DNA of 64,000 nucleotides from a virus (IMGVR_UViG_3300045919_000097:900-64899), one strand, 5' to 3'; numbered from the stretch's first letter, positions 10,001 to 19,597 are shown. Made by a program: numbers and translations. Notes: generated by a model from the sequence alone, not told the origin.

Positions 10001-10664
10001 GACTGGTGCATTCAACACCATTGCAAGGGATCCTAACCTTGGTGCTCTTAGCTCTTATGCAGGTGCTATTGCAGGTGCTGCTGACGGCCAGTACGGTGGC
10101 GTTGGTGGACTCATTGGGCGTGCAGCAACTGACGGAAACCCAATTGGAAAGCTTGCAGGTACCTTGCTTGGCGGACTTGTAAGCGACACTCCAATGTCCA
10201 CAAGAGACGCAATGAGCACAGCTGTAGGATTTGTGCCTGGTATTGGAACCGCTTATAGCTTAGGTAACTTCGTTACTGGAGGCGCTCTTGCAGACGCAGC
10301 GTTTGGATCCAATGTAAAACCCACAGAAAGTGGAGGTTACGTACCTGCTCAGCCTGGGTGGTTTGGTAACTTTGGTCTACAATCCACACCAAAGATCGAT
10401 GCCAGCAACCTTGCAGCTTCAATGAACAACCCAGACTATAGCAACGAAGTCCACCTTGCTATTACTCAGCCAAATACTGTCAACACAAACAATATGGACA
10501 ATGAAAAGCCTGCGGCCCCTGTAGCGCCCGCACCAGCACAATCAGACTACAGCAACGAAGGACGTAACTATGGTGGTCCAGGTGGAAATAGTGGAGCTGC
10601 TACAGGCGGCAACAATGGCGATGCATCAGGCGGTGGCGATCGTGGTACCCGCGGCGGATTCTAA
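7035..10664 (+). CDS. large polyvalent protein: inorganic-pyrophosphatase-like (InPase) domain + PcfJ-like domain + Gly-rich tail
   Basis: PTEKQIKAGNYPKGH...YGYIRGTEGNDGDHLDVFLG...FDEHKVMMGF (InPase); GWCT...LHDAEGKPKVQI...IAEIKGRRN (PcfJ-like). Confidence 0.75.
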   Translation: MTEPTEKQIKAGNYPKGHVYAHGMRISIETPADEFRSGTDKEGNEWSNRMQYDYGYIRGTEGNDGDHLDVFLGPDYKDHQFPVHVIDQHDPDTGKFDEHKVMMGFPDKKSALDAYHAHYPEDWKGAKAITPLHVDDFKDWALKPGIRKKPLSQVKGYAEGGSVGGFLADPQSWDDMGKNLGATANRTLIGLAGLGPDVINWGLKQIPRSRSLSDVVKGNTDLGWGSSEPIGGTDWLNRKAREHGIATSSGNETADAWGDAAFGLATASPTALMNTLGKGARGVARGVGQAIDQGMQGEGALSKVLAPVQPAYAVKPKGGNWSTTLGSNPSHLTFHDITGDSVATNQWRDKTLAKYISTQLGTADDPLLALEKEGRLHVDKDQLIESAMDGRYGEAYGYDGDLFKGDARHEELTGRKLRTPWEANADSSMRSHGPQTEIQALKDLAHKRPADGRSWIDHGAEVDPDTGEVLYHELPLKAWSEAHPGNAYLAKHQWLESAPRGTDIWNVTSLDNLGFQHMLDYLGSATDAHAALEHHGSIEAMRTAAQGALPNAAIHDLIPMVERNLHLSPEQLSRTSVADASAKTSEWNKLLSSRKATETSAQVPTFREYENGSYWKSIPDVNTDKDALSYAMAHGRDAGWCTMQNGLCSLYGSGGSRLHILHDAEGKPKVQIMTKEGDSTMEGASQMFHQAHGRFPGSVNELDEWAGENGIRINDSTEPGNPSIAEIKGRRNGSPDASDIPAIQDFIKTYSPNWDDIGDLRNSGMAKYQGKYAPIREVETLLKPRIKEARDFLDNHPAFESHRQAEKDFLDFLHSGNSRYDEQGTAQMRHLERGAGQPLHQNMPYTMREMKAMLDYPADWVNGRDESKYDVLQKHLGRIDALKSLVQDGAHRDVHTYPPKFASGGTVGGNNLQIAPLGGWGWGYMNSGQPGTMPAPQPVQAPDFSIEKFNPGGNSTSIINPGGDHTDFSSGARGADTGIAGGIGKIASMTGAFNTIARDPNLGALSSYAGAIAGAADGQYGGVGGLIGRAATDGNPIGKLAGTLLGGLVSDTPMSTRDAMSTAVGFVPGIGTAYSLGNFVTGGALADAAFGSNVKPTESGGYVPAQPGWFGNFGLQSTPKIDASNLAASMNNPDYSNEVHLAITQPNTVNTNNMDNEKPAAPVAPAPAQSDYSNEGRNYGGPGGNSGAATGGNNGDASGGGDRGTRGGF

Positions 10665-10673
10665 GGAAGTAAC

Positions 10674-13600
10674 ATGAAAAAGACACGCGTCCATCCAATG
10701 GCAGATCTTCCTCCTGTAGACCAGGACAATTCAACTGCACCAGAAGACACGGACCAGGAGTCAGTTATCCCTGGAATTCCTGACGGCGATGGTGACTCAG
10801 ACGTCATTGACGATGACAATATGGAACTGCAAGAGGATGGCAGCTATATTATTAAGGACGATGACGATGAAGATGAAAAAGGTTCTGTTGAGTTTGACTC
10901 AAACTTGGCAGATGACGTCATTCCTGAAGATGAACTGACCCAACTGGGGACCGAATTCATTGAACTGATTGCCGCAGACAAAGAAGCCCGCAAGGACCGT
11001 GACAAGCAATACGCTGAAGGTATCCGCAAGACTGGACTTAGTGGTGGTAAGAATTCAGGTGCTGACTTTGACGGGGCCAGCCAAGTTGTCCACCCGATGA
11101 TTGCCAAGGGTTGCGTTGACTTTGCATCCAAAGCCATCAAGGAACTGTTCCCATCAGCCGGGCCTGTACGCACACAGATCATGGGTGACCAGACAGAGTC
11201 TAAGATTGACCGCGCAGAGCGCAAGAAGACGTACATGAACTGGCAGCTCACTGAGCAGATTCCAGAGCACCGTCCTGAATTTGAAAAGATGCTAAGCCAG
11301 CTGCCACTGGGAGGATCCCAATACAAACGCTGGTGGCGTGATGCTGATATGAAACGGGCGCGTACTGCTGCCGTCTATATCGACGATGTCTTCCTGCCAT
11401 TTGACCAAAACGATTTCTATACGACGCCGCGGCTGACGCACAGGGAGTTCCTTGGACGAGCTGAATTTGAAGCTCGTGTAGCCTCTGGTCTTTACAGGGA
11501 ACTTGACGTCTCAAACCTTGGAGATACTCCAGAACGCAGCGATGCAGAAAAAGCCTCACGTGAAGTTGAAGGTGTTAATGATGACGCTGCAGCTTATCTG
11601 TCTACAGGCGGAACACGTGAAACCTACTGTGTTTACGCAAACCTTGAGTTGAAAAGTGATCCTCTCACCAAAGGCAAACTGGCTCCGTACGTTCTTCACG
11701 TTGAAGAGTATGGATCAAGTGTACTTGGCATTTATCGTAACTGGGCTGAAAAAGATGAGCGCCGGCAAAAACTGCATTGGATGGTTGAATACAACTTCAT
11801 CCCATGGCGCGGTGCTTATGCAATTGGACTTGCTCACCTGATCGGAACCTTGAGTACTGCATCAACAGGTGCACTCAATGCACTCCTGGACTCTGCACAC
11901 ATTGCAAGTTTCCCTGGTGGCCTTAAACTCAAGTCTGGAAGGACGTCTGGCCAGACTGTCCAAATCAACCCTACTGAGCTGGTTGAAATTGATTCTCCAG
12001 CAGGTGTTGACGACATCCGCAAGTTGGTCATGGCTTTCCCGTTCAATGGGCCCAGCCAAGTGCTTAACGTACTGCTTGAATGGCTTACTCAACAAGCTGA
12101 AATGGTTGTTAGCACAGCTTCTGAAAAGATTGCTGATGCAGGTGCCAATATGCCTATGGGCACGGCTTTGGCTCTTATTGAAGGTGGTAGCACAAACTTC
12201 AGTGCTATTCATGCACGCTTGCACCACTCAGCCCGCAAAGAGCTTGAAATCCTGCACCGTCTCAATGCCACATACATGAAGGATCAAGAGACCGTTGAGG
12301 AGCTTGGTGAACTGGTTGTCTATAAAGAAGACTTCCAGGGTCCAATGGACATCATCCCAGTCAGTGACCCCAACATCTTTAGTGAAGCTCAGCGGTACGC
12401 TCAACTGCAAGCTGTTCTGCAACTAGAAGCAATGCCGCAGTTCCAGCCATTGTTCAAGCCTGAACGTTTGCTAGTACGGGCTCTCAGGTTGCTCCAGATC
12501 AGTTACGCAGACGATATTGCAAACCTGCCTAAAGATCCAAAGCGGATGACCTCCGTGGATGAAAATGCGGCAGCTGCTCTTGACGATGGAACACCGCTCA
12601 AGGTTTATGAGGAGCAAGACGACCTTAGCCACCTGGAAAGCCACGTTACGTTCATGACGTCTCCGCTGCTTGGTGCAAACCCGTTGATTGGTTCTACGGC
12701 GCTTCCAAAACTGCTGGCTCACTGCAAAGAGCACTTGATTGCTTACTATCGCAAGCACCACAAAGCAGCGACAGAAGCATTATCTGCCATTGCAAAGCAC
12801 CAGAACATGCCTCTTGACCAGCACCGCGCAGAGTCGTTGGGACACTCATTTGCTGACAAGGCAATGGCCCAGCAGCTGTCCTCAATGGTGGCACCAGGCC
12901 TTGAAAAGGCGGAGAAGCTTGCACAGCAGTTCATGCCAAAGCCACCTGCAAGCCCTGACAAACTGGCAGAGATCGCGTCCAACGAAAAGATTGCTGGTCA
13001 GACTGCCCAACTTGAAATGCAAAAAATGCAAGCTGCACAACAAGCTGATATGCAAAAGCACCAGCTTGAATTGCAAAGCAAAGCCGCTGAGCGGCAAGCC
13101 AATGACCAGAAAGAACTTCAACGGATGCAGATTGAGCTGTCATTCAAGTCTCAAGAGGCTGAAAAAGAAAGGCGCAGCAAGCTTGAACTGAGACAGCTTG
13201 AACTAAATGCAGAAGCTGCAAACAACGAACAGGATCGTGCCCTTACACAAAGCACAGCAGTTCTTGCCGCAAATATAGAAAAGATGCAGGCTGATAATGA
13301 CAGCAGGATTGCACAACTGACTTTAATGGTGCAAGACAAGCAAGTAAAATCTGGTGAAGAAAACAAACGCATTCTTGCTGATATGAAAGCTCGAAGCGAT
13401 CAAGCTTTGGCCGTTTTACAGTCTATGCTAGCTAAGCAAGAAGAAAGCGCAGAAGCAGCTTCTAAACCAGACATTAACTCAGTTATCACCAGTTTGCTAG
13501 AAAGCGTCCAGGAAAATGCGCAGCAATTAGCTCAGCACATGTCAGAGCAAAACGAGATGTCTAGCCAGACGCTATCAGAAATTGCAGAAGGAATGAAATC

Positions 13601-13700
13601 ACTGCATAAGGCTCACTCAGCCCCTAGAATTGCCCAATATATACGAGATCCATCAGGAAATGTTTTAGGCGTTAAATCCACAATCGAAAACCAGGAGTAA
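10674..13700 (+). CDS. portal protein (P22-like, long C-terminal coiled-coil barrel)
   Basis: FDGASQVVHPMI, ELFPSAGPVRT, LPLGGSQYK, PVSDPNIFS motifs of podoviral portals; acidic N-terminus, Gln/Glu-rich helical C-terminus. Confidence 0.9.
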   Translation: MKKTRVHPMADLPPVDQDNSTAPEDTDQESVIPGIPDGDGDSDVIDDDNMELQEDGSYIIKDDDDEDEKGSVEFDSNLADDVIPEDELTQLGTEFIELIAADKEARKDRDKQYAEGIRKTGLSGGKNSGADFDGASQVVHPMIAKGCVDFASKAIKELFPSAGPVRTQIMGDQTESKIDRAERKKTYMNWQLTEQIPEHRPEFEKMLSQLPLGGSQYKRWWRDADMKRARTAAVYIDDVFLPFDQNDFYTTPRLTHREFLGRAEFEARVASGLYRELDVSNLGDTPERSDAEKASREVEGVNDDAAAYLSTGGTRETYCVYANLELKSDPLTKGKLAPYVLHVEEYGSSVLGIYRNWAEKDERRQKLHWMVEYNFIPWRGAYAIGLAHLIGTLSTASTGALNALLDSAHIASFPGGLKLKSGRTSGQTVQINPTELVEIDSPAGVDDIRKLVMAFPFNGPSQVLNVLLEWLTQQAEMVVSTASEKIADAGANMPMGTALALIEGGSTNFSAIHARLHHSARKELEILHRLNATYMKDQETVEELGELVVYKEDFQGPMDIIPVSDPNIFSEAQRYAQLQAVLQLEAMPQFQPLFKPERLLVRALRLLQISYADDIANLPKDPKRMTSVDENAAAALDDGTPLKVYEEQDDLSHLESHVTFMTSPLLGANPLIGSTALPKLLAHCKEHLIAYYRKHHKAATEALSAIAKHQNMPLDQHRAESLGHSFADKAMAQQLSSMVAPGLEKAEKLAQQFMPKPPASPDKLAEIASNEKIAGQTAQLEMQKMQAAQQADMQKHQLELQSKAAERQANDQKELQRMQIELSFKSQEAEKERRSKLELRQLELNAEAANNEQDRALTQSTAVLAANIEKMQADNDSRIAQLTLMVQDKQVKSGEENKRILADMKARSDQALAVLQSMLAKQEESAEAASKPDINSVITSLLESVQENAQQLAQHMSEQNEMSSQTLSEIAEGMKSLHKAHSAPRIAQYIRDPSGNVLGVKSTIENQE

Positions 13701-13703
13701 TAA

Positions 13704-14108
13704 ATGACTATTCAATATTCCACTACTCACCGCACCAATGCTATGAGTCAGTTAAATACTGACATTGGAGCCAATGCAGTTATCAAGGTGTTTACAGGAG
13801 CGGCCCCGGCAAACTGTGGAACTGCTGATACAGGCACGCTTCTTGTCACATTTGCCGGTAATGCTGGTGGATTTGGATCTGCATCTGCTGCTGTATTGAC
13901 AGCCGCTGCGGTAGCCGCTGCAACAGCCTCAGGAACAGGAACGGCGGGGTATTTCCGCATCTACCCAAGCGCTGCAACCACTACCAACGCGGTGGTTCAG
14001 GGAACCTGCGGATTGTCTGCTGCTGACATGATCCTGACCAATACGTCAATCACCAGCGGGCAGACTTGCAACTTTACTAGCCTGACAGTTACAGCCTTCG
14101 GAGTTTAA
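13704..14108 (+). CDS. putative virion structural protein (beta-rich)
   Basis: Ala/Thr/Gly-rich, VFTGAAPA...GTAGYFRI; CAGGAG RBS. Confidence 0.6.
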   Translation: MTIQYSTTHRTNAMSQLNTDIGANAVIKVFTGAAPANCGTADTGTLLVTFAGNAGGFGSASAAVLTAAAVAAATASGTGTAGYFRIYPSAATTTNAVVQGTCGLSAADMILTNTSITSGQTCNFTSLTVTAFGV

Positions 14109-14109
14109 C

Positions 14110-14457
14110 ATGGCGCAGGGTACAGCAACGCTTGACTTTGGTGCCTATCCTGGCGCAAGTGATGCGTCTGTGGCGGTTACTGGTCAGACAGCGATTACGG
14201 GGTCATCTTTGGTTGAGGCATGGATATTTCCTGCTGCAACTACGGATCACAGTGCTGATGAGCATTGGGTTGAATCATTAAGGGTGTTTGCAGGAAACGT
14301 AGTCGCCGGTACAGGGTTTACTATTTACGGGCGCAATGAAAGTGAACTGTTTGAACCTGTGTCGCAGTCTGGTGGCAGTAAATCATTTGCCGGTGCTGGT
14401 GGTGGAACTGGAACTAGGTTGTATGGCAAATGGAACATTGGCTGGGTGTGGAATTAA
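14110..14457 (+). CDS. hypothetical virion protein
   Basis: Tightly packed ORF in late operon, GGAG RBS. Confidence 0.6.
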   Translation: MAQGTATLDFGAYPGASDASVAVTGQTAITGSSLVEAWIFPAATTDHSADEHWVESLRVFAGNVVAGTGFTIYGRNESELFEPVSQSGGSKSFAGAGGGTGTRLYGKWNIGWVWN

Positions 14458-14466
14458 GGAAAAATC

Positions 14467-15120
14467 ATGGCAATTCAAGTACAAGGTAATGGCGGTGTAA
14501 TTGCAGACGTTGGCGGAACAGCGTTTCGCGCGCTCAATACGCAAATCAAGCCCATTGAATACGGTGCTTTGGGACACTACAAAGCGACCCTGAGGATGTC
14601 CTCTACGGCAGCGCAAACGGCTAACTCGCGCTTGCTTGAGTTGCAAAACCCGTCTGCATCCGTGCTGATCATTCCTACTCGTTTGACAGTTCGGGCAATG
14701 CAAACCGCTGCAGGTACTGCACAGGAAAATTCACTTGATATTTACAAGGCCACCAGCTTTACGGTTGTGTCCAGCGTCAACGCGGTTACAGGTGCTGCAA
14801 GTAAGAAACGAACCAGCATGGGCGCATCTGCCGCTGCCCTGCGTTACTTGACACTAACTGGTGTTGCTGCTGGTATGACTGGTTCCACGGCAACTAAAGA
14901 CACTTTGCCTATTGGAACCATCCCATACAACGTGGCGGCAGCTATTCAGACCTCTGGCCCGATTGCAAACGTTGACGTATTTGATGACGTTAACGGTACT
15001 CACCCGCTTGTCCTTGCTCAAAACGAAGGAATGGTGATTGAAAACCGTGTGCTTAACGTGACGTCCTATGGCGTGACATGGTTTATTGATCTTGCATGGG
15101 CTGAAGTACTAGCTTACTAA
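14467..15120 (+). CDS. hypothetical virion protein
   Basis: AAGGA RBS; beta-rich composition. Confidence 0.6.
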   Translation: MAIQVQGNGGVIADVGGTAFRALNTQIKPIEYGALGHYKATLRMSSTAAQTANSRLLELQNPSASVLIIPTRLTVRAMQTAAGTAQENSLDIYKATSFTVVSSVNAVTGAASKKRTSMGASAAALRYLTLTGVAAGMTGSTATKDTLPIGTIPYNVAAAIQTSGPIANVDVFDDVNGTHPLVLAQNEGMVIENRVLNVTSYGVTWFIDLAWAEVLAY

Positions 15121-15123
15121 TCC

Positions 15124-16389
15124 ATGTCTCTGCTTCTTGCCGTACAGGGGGCAGTAACCCCTTCTGCATCAGTTGCAGTAACTGAAGGCGCTGACACTCT
15201 AGCCGCAAGAGTTGGCCCCGTAGTAGCATTTAGCAGTGCCAATACTGACGGTGTGGACGTACTGGCTGCAAGCGTTTCGGTAGTTAGTGCAAGCGTAAAT
15301 TTCAGTTCAGCAACAACAGACGGTGCTGATGTCCTGGCGGCATCGGTATCGCCAATTGTTGCCATAAGCAGTTCCACCACAGATGGTGCAGACGTATTAG
15401 CATCTGCTGTATCGCCAATTGCTGCCGGTAGCGTTTCTGTCACTGACGGTTCCGATGTATTGTTATCAGCGGTATCGCCAATTGTCAATCTGAGCAGTTC
15501 CACCGCGGATGGGGCTGATGTACTAGCTAGCAACGTATCGCCTGTTGTAGGGCTTTCTAGTGCTACTACAGACGGTGCTGACACGCTATCAAGTGCTATC
15601 GCTCCGATTATTGGGGTAACAAGTGCTACGACTGACGGTGCGGACGTACTTGCGGCGGCGGTTGACCCTGTATCTGCTGGTGCTGTATCTGTATCGGTAA
15701 GCGTTACGGACGGGTCAGACACTGCAAGCGGTGCGGTTGGGCCAATCGTTGGGGTTTCTGTAGCTACAACAGATGATGCAGATTTACTTGCCTCTTTTGT
15801 TAATACAGTAGTTGGATTTTCTAGTGCGACAACAAACGGGGCAGATGCGCTTGTTTCTAGTGTTGCACCAAGAATAGATTTTAGTTCTGCTACTACAGAT
15901 GGTGCCGATACTCTATCTGCTCAAATAGACGCGACTATAGCATTGTCTAGTGCTGTCACAGATGGTGCTGACACGCTGTTAGCTAATGTTTTAGTGGGAA
16001 CAAGCCAGATAGATTTCAGCGCTTCTTGGAGCAATGGACCAGATACGCTAAGCGCACTAGTAGATCCTCAAGCACTTGGTAAGAGTCACACAGATCTTTA
16101 TATTACACAAATGCTTGTAGATTACTACACAAAGGCATTTGACAAAAAGCCAGAGCACATACCACAGTCTTTTAACCACACAAAACCCATAAAAAGCACT
16201 GAGGTAAAAGTTGCTGAGTTGGTAAAACAAGCCAAAACCGCTCTTTTATCACAAAATGAGTATGGAGCTGCAAATGCTGTGGGCTACGCCTTAGAATATG
16301 GAGCGTTAGTGGTAGATTTTCCTGCATTCTTGAAAGAACGCAAAGAGCGAGAAGATCAAGAACTGCTACTTTTATCAACAGTTTTGTAG
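15124..16389 (+). CDS. repeat-containing fibre or decoration protein
   Basis: About a dozen ~24-aa repeats of SSATTDGAD(V/T)L(A/S)xxVxPIV. Confidence 0.65.
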   Translation: MSLLLAVQGAVTPSASVAVTEGADTLAARVGPVVAFSSANTDGVDVLAASVSVVSASVNFSSATTDGADVLAASVSPIVAISSSTTDGADVLASAVSPIAAGSVSVTDGSDVLLSAVSPIVNLSSSTADGADVLASNVSPVVGLSSATTDGADTLSSAIAPIIGVTSATTDGADVLAAAVDPVSAGAVSVSVSVTDGSDTASGAVGPIVGVSVATTDDADLLASFVNTVVGFSSATTNGADALVSSVAPRIDFSSATTDGADTLSAQIDATIALSSAVTDGADTLLANVLVGTSQIDFSASWSNGPDTLSALVDPQALGKSHTDLYITQMLVDYYTKAFDKKPEHIPQSFNHTKPIKSTEVKVAELVKQAKTALLSQNEYGAANAVGYALEYGALVVDFPAFLKERKEREDQELLLLSTVL

Positions 16390-16397
16390 GAGTAACT

Positions 16398-16601
16398 ATG
16401 GCCTCTGAAGCAGTATCCCAACACAAGCGGATGGCAATGAACAAAAGTACTGGTCACGTTTCTCGTGTATCATCTTTTGCCAAAGGGGGTTCAACAGGAA
16501 ACCTCAAAACCGGCATAAAAGAAAATCCAATCACCGTTTCAAAAATGAACAATGGCGTCCCAGGTATGAAAAAGGGTGGCAAGACAAAAGACGGATGCTG
16601 A
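16398..16601 (+). CDS. small basic protein with two xxKGG motifs
   Basis: AGGAG RBS; contains FAKGG and MKKGG. Confidence 0.7.
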   Translation: MASEAVSQHKRMAMNKSTGHVSRVSSFAKGGSTGNLKTGIKENPITVSKMNNGVPGMKKGGKTKDGC

Positions 16602-16604
16602 TCA

Positions 16605-16784
16605 ATGAGCGAATCTTTAGTCATTGTTCTTCACAAAAGGCGTGACGACCTAGAGCAAAGTGTATTTGAGTTTCCTCCTTCCACATGGGATGAATTTCAG
16701 AGACGTCTTGGCCAGTGGATTGAGCTGACCAATCTTATCAACGAGCTTGAGCGACTTGCACAGGAGCAAACAAATGAAAGTTAA
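16605..16784 (+). CDS. hypothetical 59-aa protein (missing from ORF track)
   Basis: MSESLVIVLHKRRDDLEQSVFEFPPSTWDEFQRRLGQWIELTNLINELERLAQEQTNES; fills the gap exactly. Confidence 0.7.
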   Translation: MSESLVIVLHKRRDDLEQSVFEFPPSTWDEFQRRLGQWIELTNLINELERLAQEQTNES

Positions 16785-17058
16785 AATCACATACATCAGT
16801 GGCCTTACTGAGACCGTAATTCAAGAGTCAGCAGCAACCCTTGAAGAATTCTGCAACATTCACTTTGGTTCTGCTTGGGAGCAGGCCAAGGAGTTTGGTG
16901 CAACGGTTGAAGAGGTTATTGAAGAAGCTGCACTTGAAGTAGAAGTCCTGCTAGGTATGTCCACAATGGATCTGGGCGCAATCAACACTGATCAAATCCA
17001 GTCTTTGACAACTGAACAGCTGTCAGCACTGAAGCCAGAAGAAATCAAGGCCCAATAA
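16774..17058 (+). CDS. hypothetical acidic protein
   Basis: ATG 16774 after CAGGAG. Confidence 0.65.
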   Translation: MKVKITYISGLTETVIQESAATLEEFCNIHFGSAWEQAKEFGATVEEVIEEAALEVEVLLGMSTMDLGAINTDQIQSLTTEQLSALKPEEIKAQ

Positions 17059-17109
17059 GCCACCGCTACAGGGCCGGTTGCCCTGCCTACATAGTGCTGA
17101 AGGAGCATC

Positions 17110-17580
17110 ATGTCATTTGCAGACTCGTTAGAAATAACAGATCAACTTCCGGGCGTAAGCCCTTTTTCTTCGACCATTGAAACCGATGGCACGATGGAAG
17201 AGTTCTTCCCCAACGCTGATCCTGGTTTTACCCCGTTTGGGTCTCGTGTTGTGGTGCAATTGCGCCGCGTCAAGAACACAACTAAGAGCGGGATTGTCCT
17301 GGCAACGTCCACCAAAGAGTCTGAAGCCTGGAATACTCAGGTTGCCAAGCTTATCAAGGTGGGTCCGCTTGCATTCAAGAAGCGTGACAGTGCCGAAGAC
17401 TGGCCTGAAGGCGTTTGGGCAACACTTGGCGATTACGTTCGCGTTCCCAGATGGGGCGGTGACCGCTGGTCAGTCAGCATTGCCAAAGACGTTGAGGTCG
17501 TGTTCCTGGTCTTGAATGACCACGAACTCATTGGACGCATTGACGGTGACCCACTGAAGGTACGCGCTTATGTCCTTTAA
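17110..17580 (+). CDS. GroES-like co-chaperonin
   Basis: PFGSRVVVQ...TTKSGIVLA...KVGP...GDYV...LNDHELIG parallels Cpn10. Confidence 0.85.
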   Translation: MSFADSLEITDQLPGVSPFSSTIETDGTMEEFFPNADPGFTPFGSRVVVQLRRVKNTTKSGIVLATSTKESEAWNTQVAKLIKVGPLAFKKRDSAEDWPEGVWATLGDYVRVPRWGGDRWSVSIAKDVEVVFLVLNDHELIGRIDGDPLKVRAYVL

Positions 17581-17872
17581 GCCTGAAGACTTCGTTGAAC
17601 GGATAGAGTACCACCTCTATCAAGATACCCGCATGATGGGATGCGCATTAACTATGAAAAATGGGTTTGTTGTGCATGGTTATGCGGCTTGTACTCACTT
17701 GGTCAAGTTTGATCCGCAGGTTGGGATGAAGCTCTCTCGTGAGGATGCAATGCGCAAAACTGAGGAGATTATTGGTTTCCTCGTTTTCGAGGCAGAAGCT
17801 GCTGATAACAGAAAGCTGTTGCCAATGATCAAAGATTTTATAACCGTTCTGAAGGAGAACAAAAATGCCTGA
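17570..17872 (+). CDS. N4 gp49/Sf6 gp66 family protein
   Basis: CALTMKNGFVVHGYAAC...FDPQVG...A...GF pattern. Confidence 0.75.
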   Translation: MSFKPEDFVERIEYHLYQDTRMMGCALTMKNGFVVHGYAACTHLVKFDPQVGMKLSREDAMRKTEEIIGFLVFEAEAADNRKLLPMIKDFITVLKENKNA

Positions 17873-18929
17873 AGCAACTACAATGGTTGGTGACTCAGAC
17901 TTGTCTGATGCAGTCACTGATCAAGATCTTAAAACGCTTGACCGAGAGATTCAAACTCAGACCAAGACAGACGGTGACGGCGAAACAAAGACTGATGAAC
18001 CCAATCAGACGTCTACCCAAAGTCAAGACAACAATGACGATGACGACGACGAAAGTTCTGCTCGTCACACCGCTGAAGAAAACGAAGCCGCTTCTGAGGA
18101 AGAGCGTGAACAGATCAGAGCACGCCGCAAGAAAGAACGCCTTGCACGGCGCCAGCACCAGAAGGATCGTTTTGAGACACTTCAGCGCACTGTTGAAAGT
18201 ACAATGGAGCAGAATCGGATGCTTCAGCAGCGTCTTGGCCAGCTTGAGCGCAGTGATCAAGCAGCTCAGATTGCACAACTTGATGATGCCATCAAAGAGT
18301 CTGAGGATCTTGTCAACCGGTTTACAAGCATTCACGCTGATGCCGTGGCCAAAAACGACGGTGTTACGGCAACACGCGCAATCCAAAGTCTACTGTCAGC
18401 TCGTGACCGCTACACTCAACTGAGTGGTGTCAAGCAGCAAATCAACCAAGCACAAAGTGCACCATCTCCGGTTGATCCTTCAGTTGCCAAGAATGCGCAG
18501 ATCTTTCATTCGCGCAACAACTGGTACAAAGGCCCACAGAGCACTGACCAAGACAGCGTCATTATGACGTCGCTTGATACCGCGGTTGCCCGCGAAGGCT
18601 TTTTGCCAAACACACCTGCATACTGGAAAGAGCTCGAAGCTCGTGCCAAGAAGTATCTTCCACACCGCTACGCTAGCGCAGATGCAGGTTCTGGTCAGCA
18701 ACCCACAAACGAAGGTGGAGAAAGTGGATACAATCAGGACGAACGTGGACCACGCTCTCCAGTTGGAGGAAGTAGTCAGCGGGGTAACTCTGGTGGACAA
18801 ACGAAAGGAGAGTTCAAGCTTTCAAAGGAACGTGTATCAGCAATGAAAGAAGCTGGTTTGTGGGATGATCCCGGAAAACGAGCTAAGCAAATTGCAGCAT
18901 ACCGCAAGTACGACACTGAACAGTCTTAA
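17865..18929 (+). CDS. capsid scaffolding protein
   Basis: Acidic N-terminus, long coiled coil, conserved C-terminal helix; between portal and MCP. Confidence 0.7.
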   Translation: MPEATTMVGDSDLSDAVTDQDLKTLDREIQTQTKTDGDGETKTDEPNQTSTQSQDNNDDDDDESSARHTAEENEAASEEEREQIRARRKKERLARRQHQKDRFETLQRTVESTMEQNRMLQQRLGQLERSDQAAQIAQLDDAIKESEDLVNRFTSIHADAVAKNDGVTATRAIQSLLSARDRYTQLSGVKQQINQAQSAPSPVDPSVAKNAQIFHSRNNWYKGPQSTDQDSVIMTSLDTAVAREGFLPNTPAYWKELEARAKKYLPHRYASADAGSGQQPTNEGGESGYNQDERGPRSPVGGSSQRGNSGGQTKGEFKLSKERVSAMKEAGLWDDPGKRAKQIAAYRKYDTEQS

Positions 18930-18952
18930 ACTCAAACTTTCAAGGAAACATC

Positions 18953-19579
18953 ATGGCAACCTCCAAACCAACTCCCAAGACAGCTCGTTCCACAACTAAA
19001 TCTTCTGCTGACGATCGTGTCCGCAGAGACAAAGCTCCTACCGCACGTGGGGATCGCGGCATCGATGAAGATGCAGCACGTGCAAATCAGACCGGATTGA
19101 TCAATGACATGGACGAGTTCCAAAAGCTGCTCGCAAGTGAATTTGATCAAGTGGCGCTGCCAACGCCACCTGAAATTCCCGGATGGCATGTATGCTGGCT
19201 CACAACCGGGTCTGCTTATGACACTGTGCAAAAACGTCAGCGGTTGGGGTATATACCCGTGACTGCGAGCGAACTGCCTGGGTTCGAGACTGGTGGAATA
19301 GCTTCTGCACAATTTGGTGGTGCTATCACTTGCAACGAGATGGTTCTGTTCAAAATCTCTTCTGACCGCTATCAGATGATGATGAACACGTTTCACAACA
19401 TCCGTCCGTTGGAAGAGGAAGAAAACATCTACGCACAAGTGCAGGAACTGTCTGGCGATACCGATAGCAAAGGCAAACCGGCAGTCCGTAAGGTCGCAGG
19501 TGACCAGGACGACGGATTCACACAGTTGGGCAAGAGCATTGAGCGTGCCAAGAATGGTATGCCCGTGTTTGCGCCTTAA
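18953..19579 (+). CDS. conserved head-region hypothetical protein
   Basis: LPTPPEIPGWHVCWL...RLGYIPV...EMVLFKI; AAGGA RBS. Confidence 0.7.
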   Translation: MATSKPTPKTARSTTKSSADDRVRRDKAPTARGDRGIDEDAARANQTGLINDMDEFQKLLASEFDQVALPTPPEIPGWHVCWLTTGSAYDTVQKRQRLGYIPVTASELPGFETGGIASAQFGGAITCNEMVLFKISSDRYQMMMNTFHNIRPLEEEENIYAQVQELSGDTDSKGKPAVRKVAGDQDDGFTQLGKSIERAKNGMPVFAP

Positions 19580-19597
19580 TCATCAAGGAGTCTCTCT

